This document shows, in pieces, positions 38,495 through 50,519 of a DNA stretch of 64,000 nt. How positions within the stretch are numbered: the stretch's first letter is position 1; every line of letters begins with the position of its first letter. The notes under the pieces are model-generated. The model worked only from the letters and a program-made list of their open reading frames with translations. It ran no database searches and had not been told where the DNA came from. Position numbers and translations under genes: made by a program. The stretch is from an uncultured candidate division Zixibacteria bacterium (lineage in GTDB: Bacteria; Zixibacteria; MSB-5A5; RBG-16-43-9), in the NCBI GenBank assembly GCA_963713865.1, contig OY970208.1, positions 224,001 through 288,000 on the forward strand, read 5' to 3'.

Positions 38495-39991
38495 CTATCT
38501 GATTAAAAGCATTTTCTTTGAATCTTTAAACTTATCACAGCTTAAAACATAGAAGTATATACCACTCTTTACCTCCTTTCCATCCTCGTCTTTTCCATCC
38601 CAGCTCACCTGATAATCCCCGGGCATCTTTTCCCCATCTACCAATGTCCTCACCAACTGCCCCAGGATATTATAAATCTTCAGGGTGGTGTGGATGGTAC
38701 TATGAACTATGAACCGCGAACCATAGACAGTAAAGGGTATGGTGGTGTTGGGGTTAAAAGGATTGGGATAGTTTTGATTAAGTTGAAAATTTAAAGGTCT
38801 TTCCGGATTATCCGGAGAGACAAATCCTGGGCTGGGTCCAAAATAGTAGATCTCTGCTGAATCCGTTAATACATAATTGAAGGAAGAGTACCCTATAAAT
38901 GCGGCATACCCTTTTCCATCAGAATCCAGTACAAAAAGAGGGTATTCGGGATAATAAGTGTTATCCAGTATCTGGGTAGATTCCCAGTATCCTTTTTTCT
39001 TGTTGGCATAATAGTAGTTGGCCAGACTCACAATCCCCCAAATGACATGCGGCTCGACGAGACTGTCCACAAACAGCCATCCCCACATCCCAATACCGGT
39101 TATCACCTCTGGTGGATTCCATTGCGTGTTTGTGCTGTCCCGATAGTAGTAATAGGTCGTGAAATCTGGGTCCAGATATGGATACAGAATATTTGAGCCC
39201 CTCAAGAGCATATGAAGAGAATTGTTCTTGCCTATCTTGAAATTCTGCACTACATTCCAGTAAAAAGGATAGGCTAAACTATCCTTTGTCCAGTTGGTTC
39301 CACCCATTGTGTCGTTGACTACATGAAAAAGAAAGTCAGTTCCATAATATAGGATATGAACTCGCCCACCTTTTTCTACCGCCATGGGCGACATCACAGA
39401 TGTTCCTCCGACAACCAAAATCTCCGGTGACACCTGCTGTTTCACCCACTGTCCAGTTGAATTAGTCATATACATCACATGATAATATCTCACACCTGCA
39501 ATGTAATAATCATAGCTCCAGCTAAAATGCACATTCCCCAGAGAATCACAGAACAGGTTATCTCCGGCAAGGTAGTGTGCATTGGAGTCTATCTTTGCCA
39601 CTTCCCAGTTTAAAGTGTTGTTGGTATAATAGAGAGTATCTCCATAGGCATAAAGACAATGTATTACACCATTACGTATGTCAATCCCAAATCTGTGGCG
39701 ACCATAAAGCGTACTTTTAAATCCAGGATTCCCGATCTCAAGCGGCATTGACCAGCTACTACCCTTTTCCCTGGTTATAAGTAAGTCAGTTACGTTTGTC
39801 GTATAAGGCTTTGGGTCCTGTAAATAGATTAAATAGATTTTATCGTTTTTGTCTATCTCCATAATAGCATATAATCTGTTTTCATATATATCCGTCGTTA
39901 ATCGAGAAATCTGAGCACCCTCCCACTGGGCAAGAGCTATAGCTGGAAAGAGAAATAAAAGGCAAAAGTTTAAATAAATCAATTTTCTCAT
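38495..39991 (-). CDS. Secreted beta-propeller-like protein with T9SS-like/FlgD C-terminal domain (paralog A)
   Basis: Signal peptide; repeated DS.G.VH...YY.....W blades; QNYPNPFNP...IYNILGQLVRTL...SGIYFY...KKMLLIR. Confidence 0.85.
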   Translation of the reverse strand: MRKLIYLNFCLLFLFPAIALAQWEGAQISRLTTDIYENRLYAIMEIDKNDKIYLIYLQDPKPYTTNVTDLLITREKGSSWSMPLEIGNPGFKSTLYGRHRFGIDIRNGVIHCLYAYGDTLYYTNNTLNWEVAKIDSNAHYLAGDNLFCDSLGNVHFSWSYDYYIAGVRYYHVMYMTNSTGQWVKQQVSPEILVVGGTSVMSPMAVEKGGRVHILYYGTDFLFHVVNDTMGGTNWTKDSLAYPFYWNVVQNFKIGKNNSLHMLLRGSNILYPYLDPDFTTYYYYRDSTNTQWNPPEVITGIGMWGWLFVDSLVEPHVIWGIVSLANYYYANKKKGYWESTQILDNTYYPEYPLFVLDSDGKGYAAFIGYSSFNYVLTDSAEIYYFGPSPGFVSPDNPERPLNFQLNQNYPNPFNPNTTIPFTVYGSRFIVHSTIHTTLKIYNILGQLVRTLVDGEKMPGDYQVSWDGKDEDGKEVKSGIYFYVLSCDKFKDSKKMLLIR

Positions 39992-40157
39992 AGTTTAAAC
40001 CCTGTTATTGTTAATTGAAAAACTTTTTCCTTTTCAAGAATACTTTACATTGAGAAAAAGCTTTTGTCAAGGAAAAAATGGTGCAAATCCCTGCAAATAG
40101 TATTTTACTTTTCAACATCTTAAACCCCTCCCTACGGGTCGTAAGGCTTTTATCGAC

Positions 40158-41630
40158 CTATCTGATTAAAAGCATTTTCCTTGAATCTTTAAACTTATCA
40201 CATCTTAAAACATAGAAGTATATACCACTCTTCACCTCCTTCCCATTCTGGTCTTTACCATCCCAGTTAATCTGATACTCCCCGGAAATCTTTTCCTCAT
40301 CCACCAACGTTCTCACCAACTGCCCAAGGATATTATAAATCTTCAGGGTGGTGTGGATGGGATTATGAACTATGAACTGCGAACCATAGACAGTGAAGGG
40401 TATGGTGGTGTTGGGGTTAAAAGGATTGGGATAGTTTTGTTTAAGTTGAAAACTTGAAGGCCTTTCCGGATTATCCGGAGAGACAAATCCTGGGCTGGGT
40501 CCAAAATAGTAGATCTCTGCTGAATCCGTTAATACATAAGGATACCCTATAAATGCAGCATACCCTTTTCCATCTGAATCTAATACAAATTGGACCCTCG
40601 AAGGAAAATAGGTATTATCCAGTATCGAAGTAGATTCCCAGTAACCTTTCTTCTTGTTGGCATAGTAATAAACACCCCAGCTCACATGTGGCTCTCCAGA
40701 ACTGTCCAGAAATAACCAATAACCCCTTCCCCTGTCCGTTACCTGCTCTGGTGTAATCCAATCTCCGGTACTACTATGCCGATAGTAATACCAGGTAGAA
40801 AAATCGTCATCCTGAATGGGATAGGGGATATCCGAACCGATAAAAAGCATATGCATAGAATTATCTTTATCTATCCTGAAATCGCTTACCTCATTCCAAC
40901 AGCAAAAAGGATAAGACAGGCTATCTTCGGTCCAGTTAGTGCCGCCAAGAGTATCATTTACAATATGATAAATAAAATCACTGGTATAATAGATGATATG
41001 AGCTCTCCCACCTTTCTCCACTACCATCCGAGGTGCAAAAAAAGAGCCCGCAACACCGATGTAGATCTCGGGTGAGACCTGCTGTTTAATCCACTGGCCG
41101 CTTGCATTGGTCATATACATCACATGATAATATCTAATACCTGAGACGTAATATTCAGACTTCCAAGAGAAATGCACATTCCCCAAGGAATCACAGAATA
41201 GTCTATCACCCCCTGAGTAGTTAGCATTGGAATCTATCTTTGCCACTTCCCAGTTTAAAGTGTTGTTGGTATAAAAAAGAGTGTCTCCATAAGCATAAAG
41301 GCAATGTATTACGCCGTTACGCAGGTCAATTCCAAATCTGTGGTGATATTTCAGTGTATTTTTATAAGCCGGATTCCCAATCTCAACTGGGACTGACCAG
41401 TTACTGCCTTTTTCCTTGGTTAAAAGAAATTCAGTTATAGTAGGATAAGGCCTTGCGTTCTGCCAATAGATTAAATAGATTTTATCGTTTTTATCTATCT
41501 CCATATTGACTAATCCGTTATCATACACATCATTTGATAATCGAGAAATTTGAGCACCCTCCCACTGAGCAAAAGCTATAGCTGGAAAGAGAAATAAAAG
41601 AAAAAAGTTTAAATAAATTAATTTTCTCAT
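40158..41630 (-). CDS. Secreted beta-propeller-like protein with T9SS-like/FlgD C-terminal domain (paralog B)
   Basis: Colinear paralog of 38495-39991. Confidence 0.85.
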   Translation of the reverse strand: MRKLIYLNFFLLFLFPAIAFAQWEGAQISRLSNDVYDNGLVNMEIDKNDKIYLIYWQNARPYPTITEFLLTKEKGSNWSVPVEIGNPAYKNTLKYHHRFGIDLRNGVIHCLYAYGDTLFYTNNTLNWEVAKIDSNANYSGGDRLFCDSLGNVHFSWKSEYYVSGIRYYHVMYMTNASGQWIKQQVSPEIYIGVAGSFFAPRMVVEKGGRAHIIYYTSDFIYHIVNDTLGGTNWTEDSLSYPFCCWNEVSDFRIDKDNSMHMLFIGSDIPYPIQDDDFSTWYYYRHSSTGDWITPEQVTDRGRGYWLFLDSSGEPHVSWGVYYYANKKKGYWESTSILDNTYFPSRVQFVLDSDGKGYAAFIGYPYVLTDSAEIYYFGPSPGFVSPDNPERPSSFQLKQNYPNPFNPNTTIPFTVYGSQFIVHNPIHTTLKIYNILGQLVRTLVDEEKISGEYQINWDGKDQNGKEVKSGIYFYVLRCDKFKDSRKMLLIR

Positions 41631-41795
41631 AGTTTAAACCCTGTTATTGTTAATTAAAAAATTCTTTCCTTTTCAAGAATACTTTACATTGAGAAAAGGC
41701 TTTGTCAAGGAAAAAATGGAAAAAAACTGTTGTTAAAAAACCAACCGGGGATTATATTTGAAAAAATTGGAGAGTATATCGAAGGTGGTTAGCTG

Positions 41796-43169
41796 ATGCC
41801 CATAATCTACCGCTATATTTTAAAAGAACATATCGGACCTTTTTTCTTTGGCCTGGCTACGATTACCTTTGTTTTGATTATGGATTTCCTTTTAGAGCTT
41901 ATTAATCTGATCATAGGGAAAGGAGTAAGCCTTTTAACTGTATTTCACGTATTCGTATTGAATTTAGCCTGGATGTTTGCTCTATCTATACCTATGGCGG
42001 TCTTTGTCTCCACCCTTATGGCTTTTGGAAGGCTTTCTCAGGACAACGAGATCACCGCTCTGAAATCCTCAGGAGTGAGCCTTTATCGAATCGTCTTTTC
42101 CCCTCTTATTTTCTCTTTTGTCTTAGCTTTTGGCTTGATCCTTTTTAATGATAAAGTTCTACCGGAAGCTAACCATAAAGCGCGGATACTTATGTCAGAC
42201 ATACATCAAAAAAAGCCAACTTTAAGCTTGAAAGAGAACCTTTTTATAGATGATATACCTGGTTATCATCTTTTGATCAAGAAAGTAAACCCCAAAACTA
42301 ACGAGATCTCAGGGATTACTATCTACGAAAAAAAAGAAGGCCTTTTCCCTCGAACCATCTTAGCCCAGAAGGGAAAAATAGAATTTTCCGAGGATAAAAA
42401 CACCTTGATCTTCCGTTTGGAAAAAGGTGAGGTACATGAGGTGGATGAAAAGGAGCCAGGCCGTTACCAGCGGATAAGTTTTGAAAAACAGACACTCTTT
42501 ATTCCGGATGTGGGGAATAGATTTATCCAGAGCAGATCTGATTATCGTACTGACCGGGAGATGACCCTCAAGATGATGCTGGATCAGGTTAAGATGATTG
42601 AAAAGAATATGGAAATCGAAAAGGTAAATCTAAATAAACTGTCAGAACAAAAAATCTCCGAGGTTTTTCAAAGCAGCACTCTTTCATCTTCAAATCCTGC
42701 CTTTAAAACAGAAAAGGATTTATTAGCCTACCTTTTTCTAGCCAATCAGAGACTTTTTTACCAGCTGCAGATGGAAAATCAGAACCTCTCTTTTCAGATG
42801 AAAGATAAAAACTCATATCTAGTAGAGGTGCATAAGAAATATTCACTCCCCTTTGCCTGTGTGGTCTTTGTCTTGATTGGCGCCCCCTTAGGTATTATGG
42901 CTCGTCGGGGGAGTATGGCAGTTGGACTGGGGCTATCCCTGCTTTTTTTCCTGTTGTACTGGGCTTTTCTTATCGGAGGTGAGGAGTTAGCTGATCGGAT
43001 GTATATCTCGGCTTTTTGGGCAATGTGGTCAGCCAATATTCTTTTAGCTTTAGCTGGAGGTTACATTCTGATAAGATCAAGTAAAGAAGCCACCTTTATC
43101 TCCTGGAAATGGACTGAGAAACTTATCCCGAAAAGATTTCGAAAAGTTATGTTCGAAATTGATTCTTAA
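41796..43169 (+). CDS. lptF: LPS export permease LptF-like (YjgP/YjgQ family)
   Basis: FGRLSQDNEITALKSSGVS, HKKYSLPFAC, WSANI. Confidence 0.85.
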   Translation: MPIIYRYILKEHIGPFFFGLATITFVLIMDFLLELINLIIGKGVSLLTVFHVFVLNLAWMFALSIPMAVFVSTLMAFGRLSQDNEITALKSSGVSLYRIVFSPLIFSFVLAFGLILFNDKVLPEANHKARILMSDIHQKKPTLSLKENLFIDDIPGYHLLIKKVNPKTNEISGITIYEKKEGLFPRTILAQKGKIEFSEDKNTLIFRLEKGEVHEVDEKEPGRYQRISFEKQTLFIPDVGNRFIQSRSDYRTDREMTLKMMLDQVKMIEKNMEIEKVNLNKLSEQKISEVFQSSTLSSSNPAFKTEKDLLAYLFLANQRLFYQLQMENQNLSFQMKDKNSYLVEVHKKYSLPFACVVFVLIGAPLGIMARRGSMAVGLGLSLLFFLLYWAFLIGGEELADRMYISAFWAMWSANILLALAGGYILIRSSKEATFISWKWTEKLIPKRFRKVMFEIDS

Positions 43170-43223
43170 ATGAGAAAAAAGTTTTGAAGTGTAAACCTTT
43201 AGGGAGTGTTGAAAAACCCATAC

Positions 43224-43323
43224 TGTCATTCTGAGAGAGTCCGCTTTTGGCGTGACGACCGAAGAATCTCTTTTATTAATATGTAGATTCTTCATTCTGC
43301 CTTTGGCAGAACTCAGAATGACA
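43224..43323. repeat. GTCATT..GAG / CTC..AATGAC palindromic element with two nested mini-palindromes
   Basis: TGTCATTCTGAG...GAAGAATCT...AGATTCTTC...CTCAGAATGACA; inserts at 43240-43255 and 43296-43310. Confidence 0.75.
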
Positions 43324-43341
43324 CTCTAAAAAACTTTCAAT

Positions 43342-44427
43342 ATGCAGATTTTAAACCGATACCTTTTAAAACAGTTCTTCTCGGTTCTTCTTTTTGCCAT
43401 TCTCTCTTTCTGGATTATCTTCTTGATAGTTGATCTGGTGGAACATATCGACACCTTCATTGATAGACAAGCAGCTCCAGATGCGGTCATAAGATATTAT
43501 CTTTATTATTCCCCTTATATTTTAGTTCTGGTTTCCCCTATCGCCATGCTTTTATCTTCTCTTTTCTCCCTGGGTCTTTTAGCCCGACAGAATGAGCTTT
43601 TAGCTATGAAATCCTCAGGCATAAGTCTATACCGGATTCTCCTCCCTCTTTTAGGATTAGCCTTGGGTATAAGTATTTTAGTAACGCTGGCTGGAAATTT
43701 CTTAATCCCTTACACTAACCAGAAGAGCTTAAAAATCCGTGCCCAGGAAATAGAGAAAAAAAATAAAGGTATGGAAATCTCCTTCAACGATATCTATCTG
43801 CAGACAGAAAATCAACAGATCATTTATCTTAATCATTATAACAGCCAGAAAAAAACTGGCGAGGGGGTATTATTTCAGACCTTCAAGAGTGACCGCATCA
43901 AAGAAGAAATCCTTGCAGAAAAAATTATCAGGCAGGATAACGGCTGGCTATTTTTAAAGGGAAGTTATCGGATTTTTTCAGATTCCTCCTCTTCTTCTGA
44001 AAAGTATGAACAGTTCGAACACATGCTACGTTTGGATTTAAAGCTCAAACCAGAGGCATTAACCAAAGAGCAAAAACTCCCGGAAGAGATGAGCTATAAG
44101 GAACTCAAAAATTATGTCAGGCTAAAGCAAAAGACTGGACAGGATACAGCTAAGGAAAAAACAGACCTCTATATGAAAATCTCCTTCCCTTTAGCTAATC
44201 TTATCATAGTTTTATTCGGATGCACACTGGCAACCAGCCCGCGCCGATCCGGCTTAGCCTTAAGCTTTGCCATCAGTTTAGGGATAAGCTTTATCTATTA
44301 TACCTTTTTAAGACTCGGACAATCATTTGGCTACTCCCATAAACTACCACCCCTTTTGGCCGCCTGGATATCCAATATTGTATTTGGAGTAATAGGGCTA
44401 TTACTTTTAATCAAAGCGAAAAAATGA
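43342..44427 (+). CDS. lptG: LPS export permease LptG-like (YjgP/YjgQ family)
   Basis: NELLAMKSSGISLYR, PEEMSYKEL, PPLLAAWISN. Confidence 0.85.
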   Translation: MQILNRYLLKQFFSVLLFAILSFWIIFLIVDLVEHIDTFIDRQAAPDAVIRYYLYYSPYILVLVSPIAMLLSSLFSLGLLARQNELLAMKSSGISLYRILLPLLGLALGISILVTLAGNFLIPYTNQKSLKIRAQEIEKKNKGMEISFNDIYLQTENQQIIYLNHYNSQKKTGEGVLFQTFKSDRIKEEILAEKIIRQDNGWLFLKGSYRIFSDSSSSSEKYEQFEHMLRLDLKLKPEALTKEQKLPEEMSYKELKNYVRLKQKTGQDTAKEKTDLYMKISFPLANLIIVLFGCTLATSPRRSGLALSFAISLGISFIYYTFLRLGQSFGYSHKLPPLLAAWISNIVFGVIGLLLLIKAKK

Positions 44428-44429
44428 AG

Positions 44430-44457
44430 GTAGGGGCGTATTGCAATACGCCCCTAC
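44430..44457. repeat. Perfect GTAG-type REP palindrome
   Basis: GTAGGGGCGTATTGCAATACGCCCCTAC. Confidence 0.8.
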
Positions 44458-44566
44458 GAAAACCTCACAGTCGAATTTGACCTTGAGGCTGATTGTCTTG
44501 ATTAAGCTGATAAATCTGCTTTGAAAATCCGTTTAATCTGTCTAATCTGTTGTGAATTTTATTAAC

Positions 44567-46165
44567 CTATTTCAACAGCACCAACCTCTTCGCCTCAGAA
44601 TAATCTCCAATTTTCAATCGATAAAAATAAATCCCTGAACTAACTTCTTTCCCTGAATCATCCTTACTATCCCAAAACATAGACTTATAACCTGAATTTA
44701 GATTTTCAGAAACTAAGGTTTTTATCCTTCTTCCCAGAAGATCATAGATGGTTAAGTTAACAAAACCAGACTGCGACAGAGTAAATTCTATTTTGGTGGA
44801 TTGGTTAAATGGATTGGGATAGTTCTGTGAAAGAGTAAATTCTGAGGGTTTTTCTCTACTCCCAGTTTCATCCTTTACATCAGTGAATTTAAGGTACTTT
44901 ATGGTGGTATAGTCCCAATCTATCCCACTGTAACTTTCACCAGTTACATAGACATTGCAGAATTTGTCAACTAATATAGAATTAGCCCAATCCGAGCCAT
45001 TTCCCTGTCCGTTGTACCTATCAACCCACAGCGTTCCCCCGTCAGGCTTATACCCGATTGTAACGTAATCGTAATCAGAACCGAAACCAACGCTATACCC
45101 AGTCACATAAGCGTTGCCACTTGAATCTACTGCAATAGCATAAGCCTTATCCTGATCATTCGCAGGTCCATTGTATCTTCTAACCCAAGCTACATCACCG
45201 TTTGGATAGTACTTTACTGTAGCATAGTCTCTATATCCATTCTCATTGTAGCTTCTACCGGTTACAAATACATTATAGAATTTATCAACAGCAAGATCAT
45301 AAGCATTTTCGTCATTATTAGCTATGTCGTAGTTGTATGTTCTTACCCAAACCAGATCTCCATTTGCCTTGTACTTTCTACTACAATAATCACACCCTGT
45401 TAGGATAGTACAACTGTCTCCAACTACATAAACATACCCACTATCATCTACCCCTATACCTTCACAGTCACAGGAGCTGTCAGCTACTGTCCAAACTGTA
45501 TCTCCGAGGCCTGTATACTTTATGATTACACACCCATTTACTGTGGTTCCAATTATATATACATATCCACTATCATCTAATGCTATCGGGGTCCCGTAAT
45601 ATGGAGGAGAATTTGCTCCACTGTATCTTCTCACCCAAGCTGTGTCACCATTTGAAGAATACTTTATGGTCACTAAGTCGTCCAGTGTTTCACCTGTCAC
45701 ATAGAGGTTTTCATTCTTGTCAACAAGGAGGTCACGTGCAAAATTCCAGAGACCTGTCCCATACTTTCTTGTCCAAAGAGTATCACCGTTTTTGTCATAG
45801 CAAATAGTAATCCATACATCTTCTTGTGCTCCTTGATCAAAGCTTGAACCCGTCACATAAACATTCCCGCTTTTGCTTACTGCTATTGCAAAAGCTTCAT
45901 CTGACGCTCTGTTGTATAATCTTACCCAAGCGGTATCTCCATTGGAATAATATTTGATTGTAGCATAGTCTTTGTTTGGCCCTGTACTGTAGCTATATCC
46001 GGTCACATATACATATCCGCTATCATCCACTGCTATGTCATTAGCACAGTCATCCGAGTTTGCTGATCCGTTGTATATTCTCACCCAGGCAGTGTCAACG
46101 GTTTGACTAAATGCAGGGATACTTCCCAAAAGTAAAATCACCAAAATGAGTAGCTTTTTGATCAT
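44567..46165 (-). CDS. Secreted SBBP-repeat beta-propeller protein with T9SS-like/FlgD C-terminal domain
   Basis: About seven IAVD.SG.VYVTG...TIKY..NGDT.W repeats; QNYPNPFN...SGIYFY...KRLVLLK. Confidence 0.9.
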   Translation of the reverse strand: MIKKLLILVILLLGSIPAFSQTVDTAWVRIYNGSANSDDCANDIAVDDSGYVYVTGYSYSTGPNKDYATIKYYSNGDTAWVRLYNRASDEAFAIAVSKSGNVYVTGSSFDQGAQEDVWITICYDKNGDTLWTRKYGTGLWNFARDLLVDKNENLYVTGETLDDLVTIKYSSNGDTAWVRRYSGANSPPYYGTPIALDDSGYVYIIGTTVNGCVIIKYTGLGDTVWTVADSSCDCEGIGVDDSGYVYVVGDSCTILTGCDYCSRKYKANGDLVWVRTYNYDIANNDENAYDLAVDKFYNVFVTGRSYNENGYRDYATVKYYPNGDVAWVRRYNGPANDQDKAYAIAVDSSGNAYVTGYSVGFGSDYDYVTIGYKPDGGTLWVDRYNGQGNGSDWANSILVDKFCNVYVTGESYSGIDWDYTTIKYLKFTDVKDETGSREKPSEFTLSQNYPNPFNQSTKIEFTLSQSGFVNLTIYDLLGRRIKTLVSENLNSGYKSMFWDSKDDSGKEVSSGIYFYRLKIGDYSEAKRLVLLK

Positions 46166-46334
46166 CTTACCTCCTTTTTAAGTTTTAAGTTTTCGTTTTT
46201 GTGAGCTAATCAAATATTGCGATTCTTATTACTAAGTATATCTCCCTCACTTTTTTGTCAAGTGGAAAATTTAGAATTTCATAGCTACATTTAGAAATAA
46301 GATTTACAGAACTAATTCAGCTCCGCTTAAGAAT

Positions 46335-46450
46335 GTAGTGGAAGGCTTCAGCCTTCCATTTTTCATAAACATGGAGGTCTGAAGACCGCCGCTACATTTT
46401 CTTAAACCTGCGGAAATCTCAAAAAAGAGACGCATTCTATGCGTCTCTAC
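46335..46450. repeat. GTAG-type REP doublet plus a further REP
   Basis: GTAGTGGAAGGCTTCAGCCTTCCA...GGAGGTCTGAAGACCGCCGCTAC; AGAGACGCATTCTATGCGTCTCTAC. Confidence 0.75.
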
Positions 46451-46517
46451 AAAAGACAAAAACGCCTGACACCGTAGTCGGGCATTACGTTTTTACTTTA
46501 AACTTTTGAACCTTTTT

Positions 46518-47858
<1,341 letters not shown>

Positions 47859-47871
47859 TTCTTATAAGTCC

Positions 47872-48210
47872 CTAAAGCATCTTTCCAATTTCTTCGACTG
47901 AATCACTCAACTCGCAATTATCCTGGATATAATTTAAATCTTTTGCTAGAATCAGATAATAACGTAGTTCTTCAAGAGAGCTCTGTGCAATATTGTAGAA
48001 ATTAGATTTATCTTTTAATGTTCTTTTCTTAAAGCCTTCAGCTAAGTTAGCCGGTATCGAAACCACCGCTCGTCGCATCTGGGAAACTAATCCGAATTTT
48101 TCCTCTTTTGGGAAATTTCTTGTGAGATTATACACTTTTAACACCAGTGCATGAGCCCTTTTCCAAACTTCCAGATCCTCAAATCTCTCTGCTCTGACTA
48201 GTTTACTCAT
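47872..48210 (-). CDS. Four-helix-bundle protein (23S rRNA IVS protein / Avd-like family), probably 8 codons short
   Basis: FEDLEVWKRAH, FPKEEKFGLVSQMRRAVVSIPANLAEG, SLEELRYYL; the frame continues GLIRSIQ past the TAG. Confidence 0.9.
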   Translation of the reverse strand: MSKLVRAERFEDLEVWKRAHALVLKVYNLTRNFPKEEKFGLVSQMRRAVVSIPANLAEGFKKRTLKDKSNFYNIAQSSLEELRYYLILAKDLNYIQDNCELSDSVEEIGKML

Positions 48211-48214
48211 AACT

Positions 48215-48297
48215 ATTGTCCACTCCCTATCTACTGTATGCTACCTACTGTCTACTTTTTTCCCCTGTCTACTGTATACTGTCTACTGTCTACCTAT
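48215..48297. repeat. 7-nt periodic CTACTGT-like repeats
   Basis: CTACTGTATGCTACCTACTGTCTAC...CTGTCTACTGTATACTGTCTACTGTCTAC. Confidence 0.75.
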
Positions 48298-48298
48298 T

Positions 48299-49459
48299 TT
48301 ACGCGTCTCTTTTCAAATCTTCCACTTTATCCAGCCTTTCCCAGGTAAACTCCGGCTCAGTTCTACCAAAGTGTCCATAAGCTGCTGTCTTTAAATAGAT
48401 CGGCCTTCTTAAATCTAACATCTCAATCATCCCCTTAGGCGTAAGTTGAAAATGTTTCTTGATCAGCCTGACCAGGTTAGATTCGGGGACCTTACCAGTT
48501 CCATAAGTATCCACCATTACCGAAACCGGGTCTACAACTCCTATAGCATAAGCTAATTGTACCGCACATTTCTGAGCCAATCCAGCTCCCACAATATTCT
48601 TGGCAATATATCTTACCATATAGGAAGCTGACCGGTCCACCTTGGTTGGATCTTTTCCGGAGAAAGCACCACCACCATGCGGAGCCATCCCCCCGTAAGT
48701 ATCCACGATGATTTTTCGACCGGTCATACCGGTATCTGATTGGGGACCACCGATGACAAATTTACCAGTGGGATTAACCAGATATACAGTATTCTCATCC
48801 GCTAAATTTCCAACAACCGGTTTAACAATATTTTCGATAATTTCCTCCCTGGCTTTATCCGATATTTTTTTGCCGGTTTCATCCAGGATCTCCTCAGTAT
48901 GCTGTGAGGACAAGACCACGCAGTCAACTCTACAGGGTTTCCCGTACCGATATTCCACAGTCACCTGGGATTTACCATCCGGTCCTAAGTAATCCAGAAT
49001 TTTCTTCTTCCTTATCTCAGCCTGTTTCTGACAGAGTTTATGAGCTAAAGATATCGGAAGAGGCATTAGTTCAGGAGTCTCATCACAGGCATACCCCACC
49101 ATCAATCCCTGATCCCCTGCACCACCTATATCTACACCCTGAGCGATATCCGGGGATTGGGACCCGATCGCATTCAGCACCGCACAGGTCTCATAATTGA
49201 ATCCGTATTTAGAATGAGTGTACCCAATATCTCTAATCAGATTTCTGGTCAACCCAGCAATATCCACATACCCGGAGGTGGTGATCTCTCCTCCTATTAT
49301 GACCAGTCCAATTGTGATAAAAGTCTCGCAGGCTACCCGTCCCAAAGGGTCCTGTCTTATTACCTCGTCTAAAACCGCATCTGAGATCTGGTCGCAAACT
49401 TTATCCGGATGACCCTCAGTTACTGATTCCGAAGTAAAGAAAAATATTTTATCATCCAT
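48299..49459 (-). CDS. metK: S-adenosylmethionine synthetase
   Basis: [46 protein letters not shown]. Confidence 0.98.
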   Translation of the reverse strand: MDDKIFFFTSESVTEGHPDKVCDQISDAVLDEVIRQDPLGRVACETFITIGLVIIGGEITTSGYVDIAGLTRNLIRDIGYTHSKYGFNYETCAVLNAIGSQSPDIAQGVDIGGAGDQGLMVGYACDETPELMPLPISLAHKLCQKQAEIRKKKILDYLGPDGKSQVTVEYRYGKPCRVDCVVLSSQHTEEILDETGKKISDKAREEIIENIVKPVVGNLADENTVYLVNPTGKFVIGGPQSDTGMTGRKIIVDTYGGMAPHGGGAFSGKDPTKVDRSASYMVRYIAKNIVGAGLAQKCAVQLAYAIGVVDPVSVMVDTYGTGKVPESNLVRLIKKHFQLTPKGMIEMLDLRRPIYLKTAAYGHFGRTEPEFTWERLDKVEDLKRDA

Positions 49460-49525
49460 CTTTCGTCCTTTCTTTTTATTTATTTATCTATCTTTCCTGT
49501 CTATTCTCTACTATCTACTTTTTTA

Positions 49526-50503
49526 TTAATCCAGCCCCACTTCAGACGAGTCTCCGACATTCAACTTCTGAAATTTCCCCAGAACCTGAGAATTATCACC
49601 GACTAAAGAAGAATCTAATAAGCAGTAATTTACTTCTGATTTCTCGCCTAAAATAGAGTTTTTTATAACTGAATGGCGAATAACCGCATTATTGCCAACT
49701 GAGACATTAGGTCCAACAATTGAGTTTTCTACTTTACAACTTTTGGGTATGAAAACTGGAGGAATAATTACACTCCCTTTTATTTCCCTGGTTTTTTTTA
49801 ACTTCGAAAGAAGGTGACGGTTAGTTTCTAAAAGGGTCTCCGGTTTTCCGCAATCATACCACCCTTCCACATCGAAAGTTGAAAATTTAACTCCCCTCTC
49901 GATCATCAATTGCAAAGCATCCGTGAGCTGGTATTCTCCTTGAGTCCGGATGTTTTTTACCATCATATCCCAGAGTGCCCTTTTCAAAAGCTGTCCACGT
50001 CTGACATAGTAAACACCGACTAAAGCTTTTTTACTTGTAGGTTTTTCCGGCTTCTCGATTAATTTCCTGGCAAATCCATCCTCCAGTTCAGCTATCCCGA
50101 ATCTTTTTGGATCTTCAACTTCTTTTATCCCCAAAGCATCACACCCCTTCCTGATAACTGGTTTCAGGTCCATCTCAAACACCGTATCTCCCAGGATGAT
50201 CAGAACCGGTTCCTCTGCCTTTACTCTTCTGGCACCTAAATATACCGCATACCCCAGCCCTTTCAACTTTTTCTGTTTTACAAAGGAAGATTTGAATTTA
50301 TAATTTTTCCTTATGTACTCCACGATCTTCTCTCCCATAAACCCGATAACGAAAATTACCTCATTTATCTCCAAGCCCTTTAACCCGTCTAAAACATGCC
50401 CCAGAATCGGCTTCCCCGCCATCTGCAACAAAACCTTGGGAGCGGTATGGGTTAAAGGCCTTAATCTGGAGCCAATTCCCGCTACTGGAATAATCACTTT
50501 CAT
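49526..50503 (-). CDS. Sugar-phosphate nucleotidyltransferase (long-form glucose-1-P thymidylyltransferase-like)
   Basis: IPVAGIGSRLRP.T...PK, LGD, EKP, EYQLTDAL, WYDCG, C-terminal left-handed beta-helix. Confidence 0.88.
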   Translation of the reverse strand: MKVIIPVAGIGSRLRPLTHTAPKVLLQMAGKPILGHVLDGLKGLEINEVIFVIGFMGEKIVEYIRKNYKFKSSFVKQKKLKGLGYAVYLGARRVKAEEPVLIILGDTVFEMDLKPVIRKGCDALGIKEVEDPKRFGIAELEDGFARKLIEKPEKPTSKKALVGVYYVRRGQLLKRALWDMMVKNIRTQGEYQLTDALQLMIERGVKFSTFDVEGWYDCGKPETLLETNRHLLSKLKKTREIKGSVIIPPVFIPKSCKVENSIVGPNVSVGNNAVIRHSVIKNSILGEKSEVNYCLLDSSLVGDNSQVLGKFQKLNVGDSSEVGLD

Positions 50504-50519
50504 ATTTTTAAAATAATCT

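Larger units (their letters stand above)
38413..41718. repeat. Tandem duplication of a ~1.65-kb unit (38413-40081 and 40076-41718)
   Basis: 38413-38479 is identical to 40076-40142; promoter regions 39992-40081 and 41631-41718 are near-identical. Confidence 0.9.
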
